Origin: the human T2T-CHM13v2.0 reference genome, Homo sapiens
DNA length: 64,000 bases
Assembly: GCF_009914755.1 (NCBI RefSeq)
Contig: NC_060929.1
Direction: 5' to 3' (one strand)
Shown: in pieces, positions 28,198-43,699 of the stretch
Position numbering within the stretch: the first letter of the stretch is position 1
Layout of the letters: every line of letters starts with the position of its first letter
Made by a program: the position numbers and the translations under genes
Notes under the pieces: generated by a model
Seen by the model: the letters and a program-made list of their open reading frames with translations, nothing else
What the model was told of the DNA's origin: nothing
Databases searched by the model: none

Positions 28198-30223
28198 CCA
28201 CAGTCTTACTCAAGAAAATACTGATGCAAGGACATCTGCCCAGCAAATGCCTGTCCAAGCTTGGACTGGTGCCACCCTTGTTATTGGTTCTTACAGCCAA
28301 AAATAAGTGTCTCAAGATAATTATGTATCCTTTCCATTTTTTCCTTAAAAATCTATGTCTTTCTTTACTTTCCTGAATATGCACATAGTTTACAATAGCA
28401 TGCATATTCCCATTGCAATGCCTAATCCTGAAAAACATTTATTTATCTTCTGGAGAGTCTCCCTCTCTCTTATTTAGATTGACGTAATGATGCCTCAGAA
28501 GTGCAACTGAAGTTGACTGACCTTGGACAAATCAGCGTCCACTGGGAATCCAGCACAATGGTGACTGAGCCCTTTGTTCTCTCTGTTTCCAAGAGTCACA
28601 TTTCTGTCCTGTGAATCTCGTCTAGAATTCTCGGACTCCTTCCTCTTGGTGAGTTTTTTGTTTGTTTGTTTGTTTTTACTATATTCTGGATCTAATTTGG
28701 TTATAAGCCACCTTTAATGAAAGACCCTGCATCCCTTTTGGGGCTATAAGTCTTTTCTGGCAAGCCCTTTCTGATAAGCATTCTTTTAGCGAGTACTCTG
28801 GTTTCTACAGAATTTATATTTAGTTTGTGAGGACTTCGTATCATTTCTTGCATAATCATTTTTTGGTTCTTGTGATCAAAACAAATATTTAGTTTGATCT
28901 GCATGCTTGGCTTAATAGTTTAGGGAACAGTCTGATTTTGGTTTCATTTTGGTTTGGTTACACGTCTGTAAAAAAATCTGGATCTTTTACAATTTTTACT
29001 CTTTTTGTTTCTGAACATCTTCCGGAACAAGAGTAAACATTTTAAATGAAGAGTATGATATGGCTAATAAAAGTCAATACAAAAACAGTGACCATCTAAA
29101 ACACTGGATCAAATTCCTGATATTTCCTAACAGAATTTATTTATTTATTTATTTTGTTCTTGGGATACTAATGAAAAATCGAATAGGATTCTGAAATTCT
29201 GAAGACATTCAACAATAAACTTCCTTCAGGGATTCCAGCCACTATATTATGACCCATTCTTATGTACAGTCTTTAAGTGATTTATCAATTACTCAGAAAA
29301 ACTGAGTTCAATGATCATTTTTTGAACTCTCTAAGAAAATTGCAACTACCTATCATATTAAAATGTTGAGCCTTGTAAGTTCTGTTTGTCTCTCTTTTTT
29401 TTCTTTGCCAACTTTCAATTCACTGACTTTTCTGCAATTATCAAGATAAACTCACTGCTTTTAACATTCCAGTCAAGATTTTTAAAATAGTCTTAAAGGA
29501 GTTTCAAATTAATGGCTTTACAAATTATAACAGCTCCATGACAATGAGCAACATAGCCTTCAAAAACTGAGTCATTTCTTTTAATGTAAATTTGGGCTTA
29601 CCTACCTAACAATCACTTACGGTGATGCAACAGTTAAATTTATATAAAACAATCTAAAAAGAATAGCAAGCTAGATAACTGTTTATAGAAAAGTTAAACT
29701 CTCAGATTAAATGGGACAAAATCTGGACTCAGAGTAATAATATATATCTGTCTAGTGTATAAATTGCTTTGTTTGCCATGCAGGGGCCAGAAAAAGCAAA
29801 TTTAAAAAAATGGCTAAAATGCTTCCCCACGCATACTAGTCAACCAAACGAGACAAATAAAGGAAAGCTTAGTTACTAACTCAAAGCTGCTTGAAACTTT
29901 TATTTTCCTTATACAGTTCACCAAGACCTAACTAAAATCTAAACATTTAAAAATTTAATGCTGAAATCATTTGAAAATGGAAAAAGGGTAAAAAAAAAAG
30001 ATTTTGTTTAAAAAAAACAAACAAACTGATATACCCAAAAATTTGGTCCACAGCCTTCATAAAATTATCTGTTGGGACAAACAAATTTGATCTATGTGAA
30101 TAGGTCCTAATTTATCAAAACAAAATTTGGATCTAGGTGTCCTTTTATAAACTGGTTAGTTTGCATTACTACAGTTTATTGTCTCATGACAAAAATTCTA
30201 AAATGAAATCCATAAGATCTTTC

Positions 30224-30257
30224 TGTGTATGTGTGTGTGTGTGTCTGTGTGTGTGTG
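30224..30257. repeat. (TG)n microsatellite
   Basis: Direct observation. Confidence 0.9.
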
Positions 30258-31575
30258 CATACTTAGATGTGTTTTCCTATGTAGGCATATTATACTATAC
30301 ACTGTGTCTATAAGATGAAATCTGAAGTAGTTGGCCAGAAATCCCTTACAGGATTCTATTCTCATTGGTGTAGATAAAAGAGCTTTCATAAAATTTTTTA
30401 AAAATTATAGTAATTAACCCAAATGTCTTTTAGTTCTCATGACTTAAATAAATGCTTAATATGGAAGCTAATTTTAAATGTATTGTAAAAATAAAAATGT
30501 CTTCAGAATTGGCAGCATACATTTTTGCCTGGGTTTACTGTTCAGTAGAATTCTATTTGTCTCTGCTAGATGTTTTAAGGTCATAGAACTCTAAATACAG
30601 CCTAAAAGAATGATCTTTGTTCGTTCAAATCTTTGATACGTAATACTAATTTGATATTGTTGGTTTCATAAAAACAATTGTATTTTCAGAATTATTGACA
30701 AAATATCATGTATTTACTTTAAGGTTTTTATTCAGGTGAAGAGTCACAGGATATAAAAATGATTAACAGGGAAATAACTTGCAGTGATAACTAGCTTTGT
30801 CTAATATCTCAGTTTTCATATGTGGTCGAGGTATAATTGTAAAAAATAAATATATTGGGTAAATATAAATGGAATAAACATTTATAAATAAACATCATGT
30901 AATTTAAAATCTTAAAATTACGTTATATGAAATTAAGTAGTAGATATTTATAAAATGCATGGGTCATTTCTAACTAAGTTAAAATACTTAAAATGAATTA
31001 CTGAAAATAATTATAGGTTTGTTCTTGGTTTCTTAAATTTTAAGAACCAGTAAGTAGAAGACAGAGATATGAATAAATAAGTATACATACAGAGATGTAT
31101 TTTTAGTACAAAAAGTTAAAAAGAGAAGAGAATAATTTTTCAAAAATATAAGAAAAACTACTTTTATTGTTCTAAAGTCATGCATGGTTATTTAGGAAAG
31201 AGGAAATATAAGACAAAACTAAAGGTCAAAGCATGTTGTGGAAGGTTCTTAGTAAGTTGTGAAAGATTTTTGAAGCATAAATATATGGAAGAAATTTTGT
31301 GCATTATCAAGTTGGCTATAATTAGAAGGGAATTATTTCTGTCTTTCTAAATACTGAGCATTAATATTAAGTATGCACTAATACAAAGCTAACAATTTGT
31401 TGCCCTTTGTTAGAATAACAAGGTTGTTTTGAAGTATTGATCTACTCTTACTAAAATTTGAAAGAGGTTTTTATTTAATTTGAAAACCTGTTGATTTAAA
31501 ATTTCAACCATCTTCTCCATTGTAGCTTATTTCTTTTTTTCTGTTTTATAGTATCCATTTAAATTCCCTAATTCT

Positions 31576-31903
<328 letters not shown>

Positions 31904-33314
31904 AATTCCCCTAATTCTAGGTTAAATTATCTTTTTTATGTAGTATGGCAATTCTGTTTCTCAAGGTAGAGGTTTCCTCTTGAAGCTTTTCAGATCTGTA
32001 TCTTAGAAGTTCAACTTTTGCTGTATCTCACTGCATGTCATTTGCAGTCATATATCATTGCTTTCTGCTTTTTCTCTTTCTCCCCTAGAAAAGGTACATT
32101 ATATTGCTTGACTAAGTTGATAACTTTCTCTGTTAACTTTTTCATCAGCTCTTGTAACATTTTTCTTCTGGTTCTAATTCTACTGTTATGGCTTGACACT
32201 GTATATTCTATCTTGAAGGTTTAGAAAAACAATGTTTTTCTCCAATATAACTCAGTTCTGTACACATAGCTTTCACTGATGTGTCCGAATTGCTTCATGT
32301 AACCAGGATATTTTCCATGCTTTCTGTCCGTAGTAAGAGCCATGTATTCCCCTGCTCAAGGCACTAGTAAATTTGTTTACATTCCTCTATAATATGGTGT
32401 GCAATCATAAAGTTGAACACACACTTCCTTTTTCTGATTAAATTCAAGTACCTTTTCATCAGGATTAGGTTATCTAAATGAGTTTCCTCTAAGGAGAATC
32501 AATCATACTGCAATTAGGTTTTGGTTTGATTTTTAAAAAACCTTTTTTGGCAACTGGCCTGGGAAATACAGATTTTGTAATACCCTGTGCTTCTTGCTGT
32601 CTTTATTCAGGTCTTTATTTTATTCTTAAGAAAGCTGAGCTTTGAAAAAGTTAAGATTGTTGTTGTTGTTGTTCATCCATGTAACTTTCTGTATTTACTT
32701 CTTATTCTGGTTAAGTGAATGACTATTATTTTACAATAACTTATTTGATCAAGTGTTTCTAAATGTTTGGTATCTTTGCTTGGTTGCCCAGTATCAAAAT
32801 TTTAAGACCTTTTTTTTAACCTCAAGTTAACTTTGGGATATGTTAAAAGGCCCCAGTACTTCTCAAATGTTTACAAAAAAGAGATATTGAACTATATTGG
32901 ATTTATCTGAAATATTGAGTTACATGTAAAGACTTGTCAAATGATAAAAGATGCTAGATCTTCTTTGAATTACATTTATGTATACATTATTGATATTAAT
33001 GTTCCAAAAATGTATAAAATATTTAAAAAATCTAATATGTCATGATAATTTGGGTTATGTGGCGTCACACAAAATTAACCACATTTCCTTGTCAGATTTC
33101 AGTTTTTGTTATTTATAGTTATTGTTTTGAATTATCTAAATGATTCTGCCATTAAATTCATGGAAACCTCTATAATAGTACTCTTGAATGCAGATTTCTA
33201 AAAACTTTACAACCAATAGACTAAAGAAAAATGTTCTAGAATATTAATGAAGAAATTGATGAACTTGTGAAACTGCAAATCCATATCAACCAAAACAAAA
33301 ATTAACTACATCAG

Positions 33315-34348
33315 TGTTGTGGGAAGTCAGGGACCCCTAACAGAGGGACCAGCTGATGCCATGGCAGAAGAACATAAATTGTGAAGATTTCATGGACATT
33401 TACTAGTTCCCCAAATTAATACTTTTATAATTTCTTACGCCTGTCTTTACTGCAATCTCTGAACATAAATTGTGAAGATTTCATGGACATTTATCACTTC
33501 CCCAATCAATACTCTTGTGATTTCCTATGCCTGTCTTTAATCTCTTAATTCTGTCATCTTCGTAAGCTGAGGATATATGTCGCCTCAGGACCCTATGATG
33601 GTTGTGTTAACTGCACAAATTGTTTGTAGAGCATGTGTGTTTGAACAATATGAAATCTGGGCACCTTAAGAACAGGATAACAGCAATTTTCAGGGAACAA
33701 GGGAGATAACCTTAAAGTCTGGCTGCCTTAAAGTCTGTCCTGCCTGTGGGCAGGGCAGGACAGAGCCATATTTCTCTTATTACCAAAAATGGGTAAGAGA
33801 AATATCGCTGAATTCTTTCCCCAGCAAGGAATATTAATAATTAACAGCCCTGGGAAAAGAATGCATTCCCAGGGTGGGGCCTCTAAAATGGCCACCCTGG
33901 GAGTGTCTGCATTATGCAGATGTAGATAGGGATGAAACATGCCCTAGTATCTTGCAGCACTCCCAGGTTTGCTAGGATTAGGAAATTCCAGACTGGCGAA
34001 TTCTAGTCAGACTGGTTCTCTGTTCTTGAACCCTGACAATGTGTGCACAACAGGACAGGGAAGTTCATTAGTGATTCTAGTTTTGCCCTGACCTTCTGCC
34101 TTGTGATCTTTTGTCACCCTTGAAGCATGTCATCCCTTTGAAAATTGCTAATAAAAACTTGCTGGTTTTACAGCTCAGGGGGCATCATGGAACCTGCCAA
34201 CATGTGAGGTCTAGCCCGGACACCCAGCTTTAAAATTTCTCTCTTTTGTACTCTTTCTCTTTATTTCTCGGACCGGCCGACACTTAGGGAAATAGAAAAG
34301 AACCTATGTGAAATAACGTTGAATTATCAGGGGCGGATTCCCCTGATG
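33315..34348 (+). mobile_element. MER11 solo LTR (HERV-K11/HML-8)
   Basis: Starts tgttgtgggaagtcagggacccc. Has the characteristic doubled 'gaacataaattgtgaagatttcatggacattt', an aataaa at ~34150, and a perfect 6-bp TSD catcag (33309-33314, 34349-34354). Confidence 0.93.
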
Positions 34349-35567
34349 CATCAGATTAAATCACTGCTAAAGATAATGTTTTTGTGACTTTTATTTGAAA
34401 CATATCTGTTCTTTAATCTTTTGTTTTCCAGATTTAAAGAAACTTTCTCTTTCAAATTATGTGGAGTTTACAGTATATCTTTATGAACAAAAGTGGGAGC
34501 ATTTACTTGTTCTCCCTACTTGATCCTTGCAAAATGTAGAAACTATTCATGAGTATTCTTATTTTCTATGGCAATATTGTTATTTGCAGAAGTTCAATCA
34601 CAATATGCTCTCTTTATAACAGGATACAAATGGAAACATTGGTTATATCACCAAGACTTTGATTAGAATGTTATATTTGGGAATATGCATAGACTGCCTA
34701 GCTTCAAGGGTTCTGAGCCTCACAGTGAGTGAATAGAAAATTGTGACCTCTTGGAAGTCCCAGGAACCTCAAGATATTAGGTACTGCAGATGAAATTCTA
34801 AAATCTTTCTTGATTTGGCTTTTTAGTCTTAAAAAAAGTTTAAATCTGAGATTACAATGTGTTCAAATCACTATTCTTTCAGGCCAAATTTGATAACCCT
34901 AAAATTTTACAAACAAATTTGTTTGATTGTCTTAGGTAAATAATGGGCAAGATTATAGAGAGAAAAAGTTGTCTTTCTAAAGAAAAAACTATATCTATTA
35001 TTAGATTCTAGCTCTGTTCATTGTTTTTGAGGTCTTATTATCTACCTATAGAATGGACTACACCCTGAAGTCTTCTAGATTTCTTCAATCCAACTATGTT
35101 TCATGTAATGACTAAGAACAGGGACTGTTCTGGTTCTCAAAGCCCTGTAAGCTGAAACTAAATATATTTTAAGGAACAAGTCTCATGTCTTATGCATGGG
35201 TCACACAACTATTTCACCAAACTACCTGATACCATAACCAGAGATATTTAAACTATACACCAGGATGAGAAGTTGATAGCTTCATGCTGTGCACGGCTCT
35301 TTCTGTGACATTGGAGCAGGACTCCATATTATAATGAGACTCTTACTTTCCTTAAGGCTACCTTTTTCAATTGTCTGGATAATGGTAGAGTTGAAATTTC
35401 ACAATTAGTATCTTCTGCTGGTAACCTGACAGAACCTGACCTAAAAGATCCTTTAGACTACCACCTAGAAGGTAACTTTGAAAACACCCATAATACAACT
35501 GTCACTTACTATCTGCTCTAATTCAACCCAGTCATGGGATACTAGATTAAAAATTTGCTCAATATTA

Positions 35568-35972
35568 TGATGTAGTTTAGATTTTTGTTTTCTCCAAATC
35601 TCATGTTAAAATGTTATCCCCAGTGTGGGAGGTGGGGCCTGGTAGAGGTGTTTTGGTCATGGAGGTGGATCCTTTATAAATGGCTTGCTGCTGTCTTCCT
35701 GATTGAGAGGGAATTCTCACAAGATCTGGTTATTTAAAAGTTTGTGGAACCTGCCCCCTCTCTCTCATGCTCCTGGTTTCACAATGTGATGTGCCTGCTC
35801 TCACTTCACCTTCTACCTTGAGTAAAAGTTCACTGAGTCCTCCTCAGAAACAAAGCAGATGTCAGAACCATGCTTGTTCAGTCTGCAAAACCGTGAGCCA
35901 ATTAAACCCGCTTTCTTTATAAATTACCTAGCCTTAGGTATATCCTTACAGAAAAACAAAAATGGCCTGAAA
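35568..35972 (+). mobile_element. MSTB MaLR solo LTR nested in the provirus
   Basis: 'tgatgtagtttag...ccaaatctcatgttaaaatgttatccccagtg...ccgtgagccaattaaacc...aaaatggcct'. Confidence 0.88.
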
Positions 35973-36006
35973 GTTATCTATTAACTAACTAACTAAATAA
36001 ATATCT

Positions 36007-36281
36007 GGCCAGACTCGGTGGCTCATGTCTGTAATTCCAGCACTTTTGGAGGCCAATGCTGGAGGATCCCTCTAGCCTAGGAGTTTGAAACCAGCCCTGT
36101 CTCTATTATTATTATTTTTTTAAATTAGCTGGGCATAGTGGCATGTCTGTGGTCTCAGCAACTCAGGAGGCTGAACTGGGAAAACTGCTTGATCCCAGGA
36201 GGTTGAGGCTGCAGTGAGAGCTGTGATTACACCACTGTATTTTCAGCCTTGGAGTACAGACTTGTCTCAAAAAAAAAAAAA
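36007..36281 (+). mobile_element. AluJ with an internal deletion
   Basis: Alu arms with J diagnostics ('cccaggaggttgaggctgcagtgag...ctgtgatt') and a poly-A tail. Confidence 0.9.
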
Positions 36282-36520
36282 GTCTGTGCTATTGCTAATA
36301 TTTCATGCTGTACCTAAATAAATTCCTCATGGAAAGTTGAGACCCATATACACAAAATAAGAAAGTAGGGCACATGGTTAAAATAGATGCCACCTAATTG
36401 CTTATTCTCATTTGATTTATTGAATTTGTTGCCTTTAAGCGTAGGTTCATAGCTCAAACCCATTAGGCAAAGTGGAACTATGTTCTCATTATCAATTTCA
36501 CTTCATATTTTTTCTTTTTA
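36282..36520 (+). pseudogene. Gamma-type retroviral env TM remnant
   Basis: Translation from 36282 reads VCAIANISCCT*INSSWKVETHIHKIRK*GTWLK. This contains the CX6CC motif, just upstream of the 3' LTR. Confidence 0.85.
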
Positions 36521-37469
36521 ATTTTAAATGTTGTAACTGTTATTTGTTAAATGTATGTAAAACTACAACTCCTAACTGAATAATGCTGGCCCAGCATTTT
36601 AAGGTAATAGACAAACAAAATTGAAGTTAACACTGAACTTTAGGTAGACTTAGCCTGAGAGCCACTATTTCTGAATCTCCCTTGTAACTCAAATGTGGCA
36701 AAAAAGGTTTTGACACAGGCTGCTAGTTGCCAACTGCAACCTCCAGTGTGGGGCTAGAGCAACAACAACCTGGGACAGGTTCATCCCAGTACCAAGGGAC
36801 ATCAAACATAACTACAGAATGACTGATCAGTGGTGCTTTCAGAGAAAGACCCTGACCAAAACTGTGAAATATGAATGTTGTCAGAATAAAAATGGAATCA
36901 TTAGTGCTAAAAAATGCTGATAAATGAAGCCAGATAAGGCCATGAAGGGAAGGTTCCCATGCACAAATATCTGGTAACAAGAACTATCACAAGAGACGAC
37001 AACAAATTCAACTTTTCACAAAAGCCACCATAAACTTAACTAAAAATATACTTACGTGAGGACATTTTCCTAGCAACTTTCTGTCCAATCTCAGACTGTT
37101 GCCAATTTGTTATTGATCCTTGCAGCCAAAGATAATTATCTCAAGAAAATAATTATCCTCATTTTTCCTTTAAAAACCTTTGTTGTCCTTTGCCTCCCTG
37201 TATATGCACAGTTTATTATGGCATGTATATTCCCATTGCAATGTCAATTCCCAAATAAATATCTCCCTGTTTGTTTTATAGGTCGACACATGCATACATA
37301 TTTGATTCACCATATTGACATATTAAATGGAAAAAACCCAATTACATGAGAAGTTGCTGAATAAGTAATTTGATAAAATTATTTATTTTATAAATACTTA
37401 TAAAGCAAATAAAACAGCAAAATATGAAAAAGACAGGATAAGCATGCTACTATATGCTACTATATACTA

Positions 37470-37811
<342 letters not shown>

Positions 37812-38202
37812 TGGTGAAAATGTCAAAGATATCACTATTACTAAATCAATTCATTTTATTACCTACTTTAGTCAGTGAAACAGGAAGCCGAAAATTCCCC
37901 AAACGGGTCTTCCTTTTCAGTTTTTACTGCGTACAGTCAAGTCTCCAACAACAGTTAGAGAAATTATTTTGTTACTTCCCTGTGGAAACCAATCCAGTTT
38001 TGTTCTCAATTTTCTTAGAGAAAGACCCAAACATGCTACAATGGCTACAAGTAATTACATGTTCTGGCTCTCTTTTTCTCCTGGATATATTTACTCTCTA
38101 TTCCAACTACACTGACCCTGTGGCTTAAGGCACATGCCCATTTTAAGATATTTGCAGTGGAGTTGCTTTGGCCTGGACACAGAACCACTAAAGTGGCACT
38201 TC

Positions 38203-38493
<291 letters not shown>

Positions 38494-38690
38494 ATGCACC
38501 TCTACTCATTTCAGTAATTGCTAGGTATCAATCTGCAGTGAGGTCTACCCCTGCAGCCCTTGTAATTTGTAACTCCCTCTCCATCATCTCCCACACTCTG
38601 ATAACCCTCCACCTCACTTTACTTATGTTTTCCCCAAAGTACTTATTACATAACATTCTAAGTAATTTACCTAGTTATTATGTGTATTGC

Positions 38691-38824
38691 TAAGGTGACC
38701 ATTCAATGTGTTCACTGAACCCGTAAAATTTGAGGAATGAAAGAGGTTGCTATGCACAGTATCTCATGACAAGAGGCATACATTGGAGTTATCACAGGCA
38801 AGCAGGGCTATGGTTATTCATTCT
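38691..38824 (+). mobile_element. MER94-like hAT MITE
   Basis: 'taaggtgaccat...gaatgaaagaggttgctat...gacaagaggcata...ggcaagcagggctatggttattc' follows the MER94 layout. Confidence 0.55.
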
Positions 38825-40749
38825 ATGGCTTATACTTTTTTCCAATGACATAGGTTCCATGAAGGCAAAGATCTGTTTAATGATGTAATTCAGGTGGCTA
38901 GAATAGTACCTGATAAAATAATATTTGTCCAGTAAAGAAATAGCTGATAATCTTTTTATAGCCATAAAAAATCCTCTTTCTTCCCCCCAAATACTTTGTG
39001 ATTATAAAACTAATCAGATATTCTTGATCAGTTAACTAGGTAGCAGATGGAATTCCTAAAAATTCTATTCATGTAACATGAATTCCCTGTTGTTCAGCAA
39101 GCAAGAATTATTTCTAAGGTGTACATGTACATTAAGATGGCTTTGTATAGGATTCTCTTGAATGTAAAGTTTTATATTTTGACACAATGCCAGAGGTGTT
39201 TTTGTTTTTTTCAAATGTAATATATTTTCTTCAAATATTAAAGTTTGTTTCCCTCTCTTTTGAAAATTAGGTGGAATTTTGCAAAATGAAATGAAGCAGG
39301 TGTCAGCAACTAGAACACACACAGGCTGGCAGGGCTGGCAGATGCAAAACAATTAGACCAACAAAAGCATTTGGAGCCTTTACATTCTTGCCAGTCTGAT
39401 GCCTTAGCACAATCTGCAAAGTGCTGTGAGGATTGTCCTTATGTTTATTCATCGAATAAGAAATATTTGCAAATTTCCTTTTCCCCTTTGGATATAAAGT
39501 TCTGTAAAATATGATAAAGTAAAAGGAACATTTGAATGGCAGAATCTGCATATCTATTTTCGTTACAGGCAATAGGAGTATTTGTGATTTTTTATCATTC
39601 AAGCACTGTACAAACATATATTTTAAAATTTACTAATAGATATTTTGCAAGAAAATAGCCAATAGAAAACTTGAGTAATTAGTTTTATTTCTAAATGTAA
39701 TTATTTAAAATAACTATTATTTTAATGACTTAAATCTGACTTCAGAACCATGGCAGAAAAAATTCAACACAATTTTATAACATTCACATAGCTAAATTGA
39801 ACCACCATTGGATATTAATTTTTTAAATAATAAACATTGGTTCTTTAAAATAGAATTTTTTGTAGTGAACTTCCCTTTTAAGAAACCAGGTTAGTTATTG
39901 TATGAATAATTTTGGCAATATACGTTTCTTTCCAGTTACTGTGCAAATGTAGGCTGTTTAGGACACATGAGATTGTAATTGTACCTGCAGATTATATTCA
40001 TCTATCTTCTGTCTCTGAAATTCTGATTCTGGTTGCCTGAAGCTCATGAAACAAATTCTGTTATTACCTCCATTCTAGATTAGACAATAAATACACACAT
40101 CCATATATGTTATACATTGCATACCATGTCTTGTTTATATATAAATATATCAAATATGCACAGATATCAAGATATACACATGCAACACACAGATGAACAC
40201 ATACTAGATATATAAATTTCAATTGCCAATGTTGGTTTAAAAATGAGCAGTCAACTACAGTAAATCTTCTTCATCACTATTTAGAATAAGGGCCACGTGA
40301 TGCTTCTTCTAGATGTATAAAGGCAGCTAGTACAATCCTAACAATATTGCTCCACAGTTGCACGCATGAGTCTGAGAATCCACTCACAAGAGGACATTTT
40401 TAAATTAATTTGTTAGCTGACAGTCTGAACTAAAATAGTTGCTAACATTGTTACTGGAAAGTAGTTGAAGTCACTCAGGAATCACATGTACAAAAAACTG
40501 AAGACTTTTTTTTTTTGTAGACAGATAACACAAACATTTCTGGACATGCTATCCTCATGTCACCCTCAGATGTTAAAAGGAGATTGCACACTTGTCTAGT
40601 GATATCTATGTCTTTGTAAACTCATAGAAAATCACCCTGCACAGATTTATATTCACCACAACTTTGTCCCAAATAATGAAAAACCAGTCACAAGCAAACA
40701 AAAAGTTTTAAGTAAAACTGGAATTGTAACATCCATGCCACCAGATAAG

Positions 40750-40985
40750 TCAGTTGAGTGTAATACAGGAAGGCTTTGTTTTGTTGCCAGGCAGATTAGA
40801 GATTAAATCTTGGTATCGCTAGGGGCTAGCTAGGTCAGCTTACTTATCCTCTCTAAGCCTTGGTGCTGCTGCCTCTAAAATTGGAATAATTCATAGTTTA
40901 TCTGCATGTGCTGAATATTAAATGATATAAAGTATTTAAAGTTGTTCTCAGCTTATCCCACACTCAGTGTATGCCGTATGTTACC
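40750..40985 (+). mobile_element. MIR SINE
   Basis: Core 'ttacttatcctctctaagccttgg...ctctaaaattggaataat...attaaatgatataa'. Confidence 0.75.
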
Positions 40986-43627
40986 ATGATCTTCTAAGGT
41001 TAAATATTATGATTTTGTCTTTTATATTTAAGTGATCTGAATTTTATTTTATTTGAAATATTCTAGAAGTATTTTAATCTTTGTTTGGGTGGTTACTGGA
41101 AAAATCACATATATAAGACATAAGTCAGTAAACTTTTCCCCCTTAGTGTCATTAATAATACAAACAAAGAGGGGTGGAATGCAGCTAGGATTTTAATATT
41201 AGTGATACTTTTTGCAAATCATTGTGTTTACAACTACTGCTACGAGCACTTAATTTTCCCCAGTCAATTTAGCCTCATCTGAATAGTCACTTTTTTCTGT
41301 TCTTCACAGATATACATTTACCATCAAGCACTTTGTTAGTTACTGTTATAAGCCATTAATATCACTAAAATAAAAAGAGATGAGAAAATACACTTAGTGG
41401 GTGACATCCATTGTTTTATCTAATGATAACATTCACCTAATCTTAGTTTTCTTATTTATTTCAAGCATATTTTAAACACTTTCAAGTGCACGCATTTTTA
41501 GTTGTGTCCTAAGGTAATTTTGTTAAGACCCTGACTACTCTCTTTGATATATGACAAATATCTACTTACAGGGATGGCAAGTTTTCATCTATTTCTTAAA
41601 ATTCACTTATCAGGCAATTTTCAAACTTTTCTAAAAGGAAGCTCCAAGCAATTAATTAATTTTCTTGTTTGATTATACTTTTCATTGCATTGCTCCCAGC
41701 TAAGAATTTTCTCTTTGGAGTTGCAAAAACAATTTGGCCATATTCATTCACAATTTGCATTATCGGCTTCAAAATATTCCTCTGAGTGATATTTCCATTT
41801 AGTTAATGCTCAGGATTTTCTCTCATAAGAAACAGCAGAATGCAGACTCTTTTGAAACTTCAGAGAAATAAAATTGATATTTTAAGTAAGCAGCCACATA
41901 AATTCCACTCTTTTTACTTCGGTTAATGAATAAATTGCAGTTGCGATAGTCTACTTGGAAGCAGGAGTATATTCTTTCAACTCCTACTTCTAGTTACTAT
42001 GAATTTTTTCCTATTTTTCCTGATTACAATATCATGCATTAACTATCCTTTAATGTCTGATTCTTATCCTACTTTTTAAAAATAAAATTTTAATGTATTG
42101 CTTTCTAAATGGAAAAAATATCTGAAAATGAAAAAATTCATTAAGATACATACGTATAAATATATTTGCTTCATTATGGAACTCACTGAAAGGGTATTTT
42201 AAATAGAATGTATTTCCTTTATTTGTAATAAGTACGTTGGACACTCACCAAATCACCAAGTATGATGAGATAGGGTTATGCTGTAAACTTTGAGAACACA
42301 TTTTTAAAATACTTCCAAATTTCTCTACTCTAGGTGACCAGCACTGATTCTGTCTTGTTCTAGTTTCAGTAGAATAAAGTTCTTACACCACAGTGCTCAT
42401 AATTTCATGTTAAAGATAAGACTTTTGAAAAGTATTATTCAATGGCTATATAATTATTTGGGGATTGCCAAAGAGGCTTAAGATTGACCAACATGGGAAT
42501 CTCGATTGATTGACTAGTTTTCTTGTGGCAAAATCTTTAAGGAACAACATATTCAAAATATTTGTTTGCTTTGTTTAAACTGTTAGGAGATAAGCAGTCA
42601 CATACTCATGTGTTGCCAGTAAAGCTATGCTCTAGCACACAGGCCAGTGGTATTATATCTTATATAGACAGTCTAACTAAAGTGGAGATGGGAATCATAG
42701 AAATAGTTGTCTTCTTTGAAGTCTAATGATATTAAATAGACTTTTATAATTATAACTGATAAATTACAAATATTCCAACATATTTAAATAGAATTATTAC
42801 ACTGATTATCACCTAGCATCTGCAATCCATTGAAATTGTGAAACAGTTATGATAAAGATATTCCAAAGCATAACATCCTCAAACTTAACCTAGTTAACAA
42901 AAAAGTACAATTTTTCAACATTTCTTGGTTCTGTAGATATAAGTTTTATCTCAAGAATTACACCATCACTTTATCTTTTCATAATGGACATGACTTCTTT
43001 ATGAAATTCATTTAGCAGTAGAAAGAAGAGTCCATGGAGACTCATTCTCCCTTACTCTTATGTCTGTAACGGATGTTTTGTATGATTCCAAAAATTAATG
43101 TCCGCTATATATACTTGACAAAGATGAAATGTAAAAGTTAGGGAAAAAAGGAATAATTTTAGGTGCTTTGTCTTACAAAGGCATATAATCACCAAGTCTT
43201 ACACAATAATTAAGCATATAAAGAATGCCATACTAATTTGAGTCTTTATTCATTTATTACAAAATATTTAGAGCAGACCTACTATGTTATTGTTTCTCTG
43301 ATAAGCATATGAGAAGATAAAATGGACACATCTCTTTTTTCAAGAAACATACTTTATTCATGTTTTAAACTGAGATTGCAAATGGAAATAGTAATTGTGT
43401 TTGGATCATAGATACTAAGAGTTTACACCCAATCATTGATATTTTAGACTCAGAACTATGTCACTTTCAATAATTTAGGATGTCATAGCAACATTTAATT
43501 TAAATATCTACCCAATTCAAGTATCCCTACTGCCTAAAGTTTGCAAACTGGCAAATCATCTGCTCTATACTGCCTAAGTTGAAAGTGTGTTTGGATATAA
43601 AAATATTGGTCCACAGGAAATATCTGG

Positions 43628-43629
<2 letters not shown>

Positions 43630-43658
<29 letters not shown>
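43630..43658. repeat. (TG)n microsatellite
   Basis: Direct observation. Confidence 0.95.
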
Positions 43659-43699
43659 GTAATTAAATTTGTTTTCAAATACGTGTTATCACATAACTT

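Noticed and set aside
33370-33495. Direct repeats separated by spacer-like sequence
   Set aside because: These are the intrinsic MER11 LTR repeats, not a CRISPR-like array.
39250-39600. Repeat-free, enhancer-like sequence
   Set aside because: Conservation or activity cannot be judged from one sequence.
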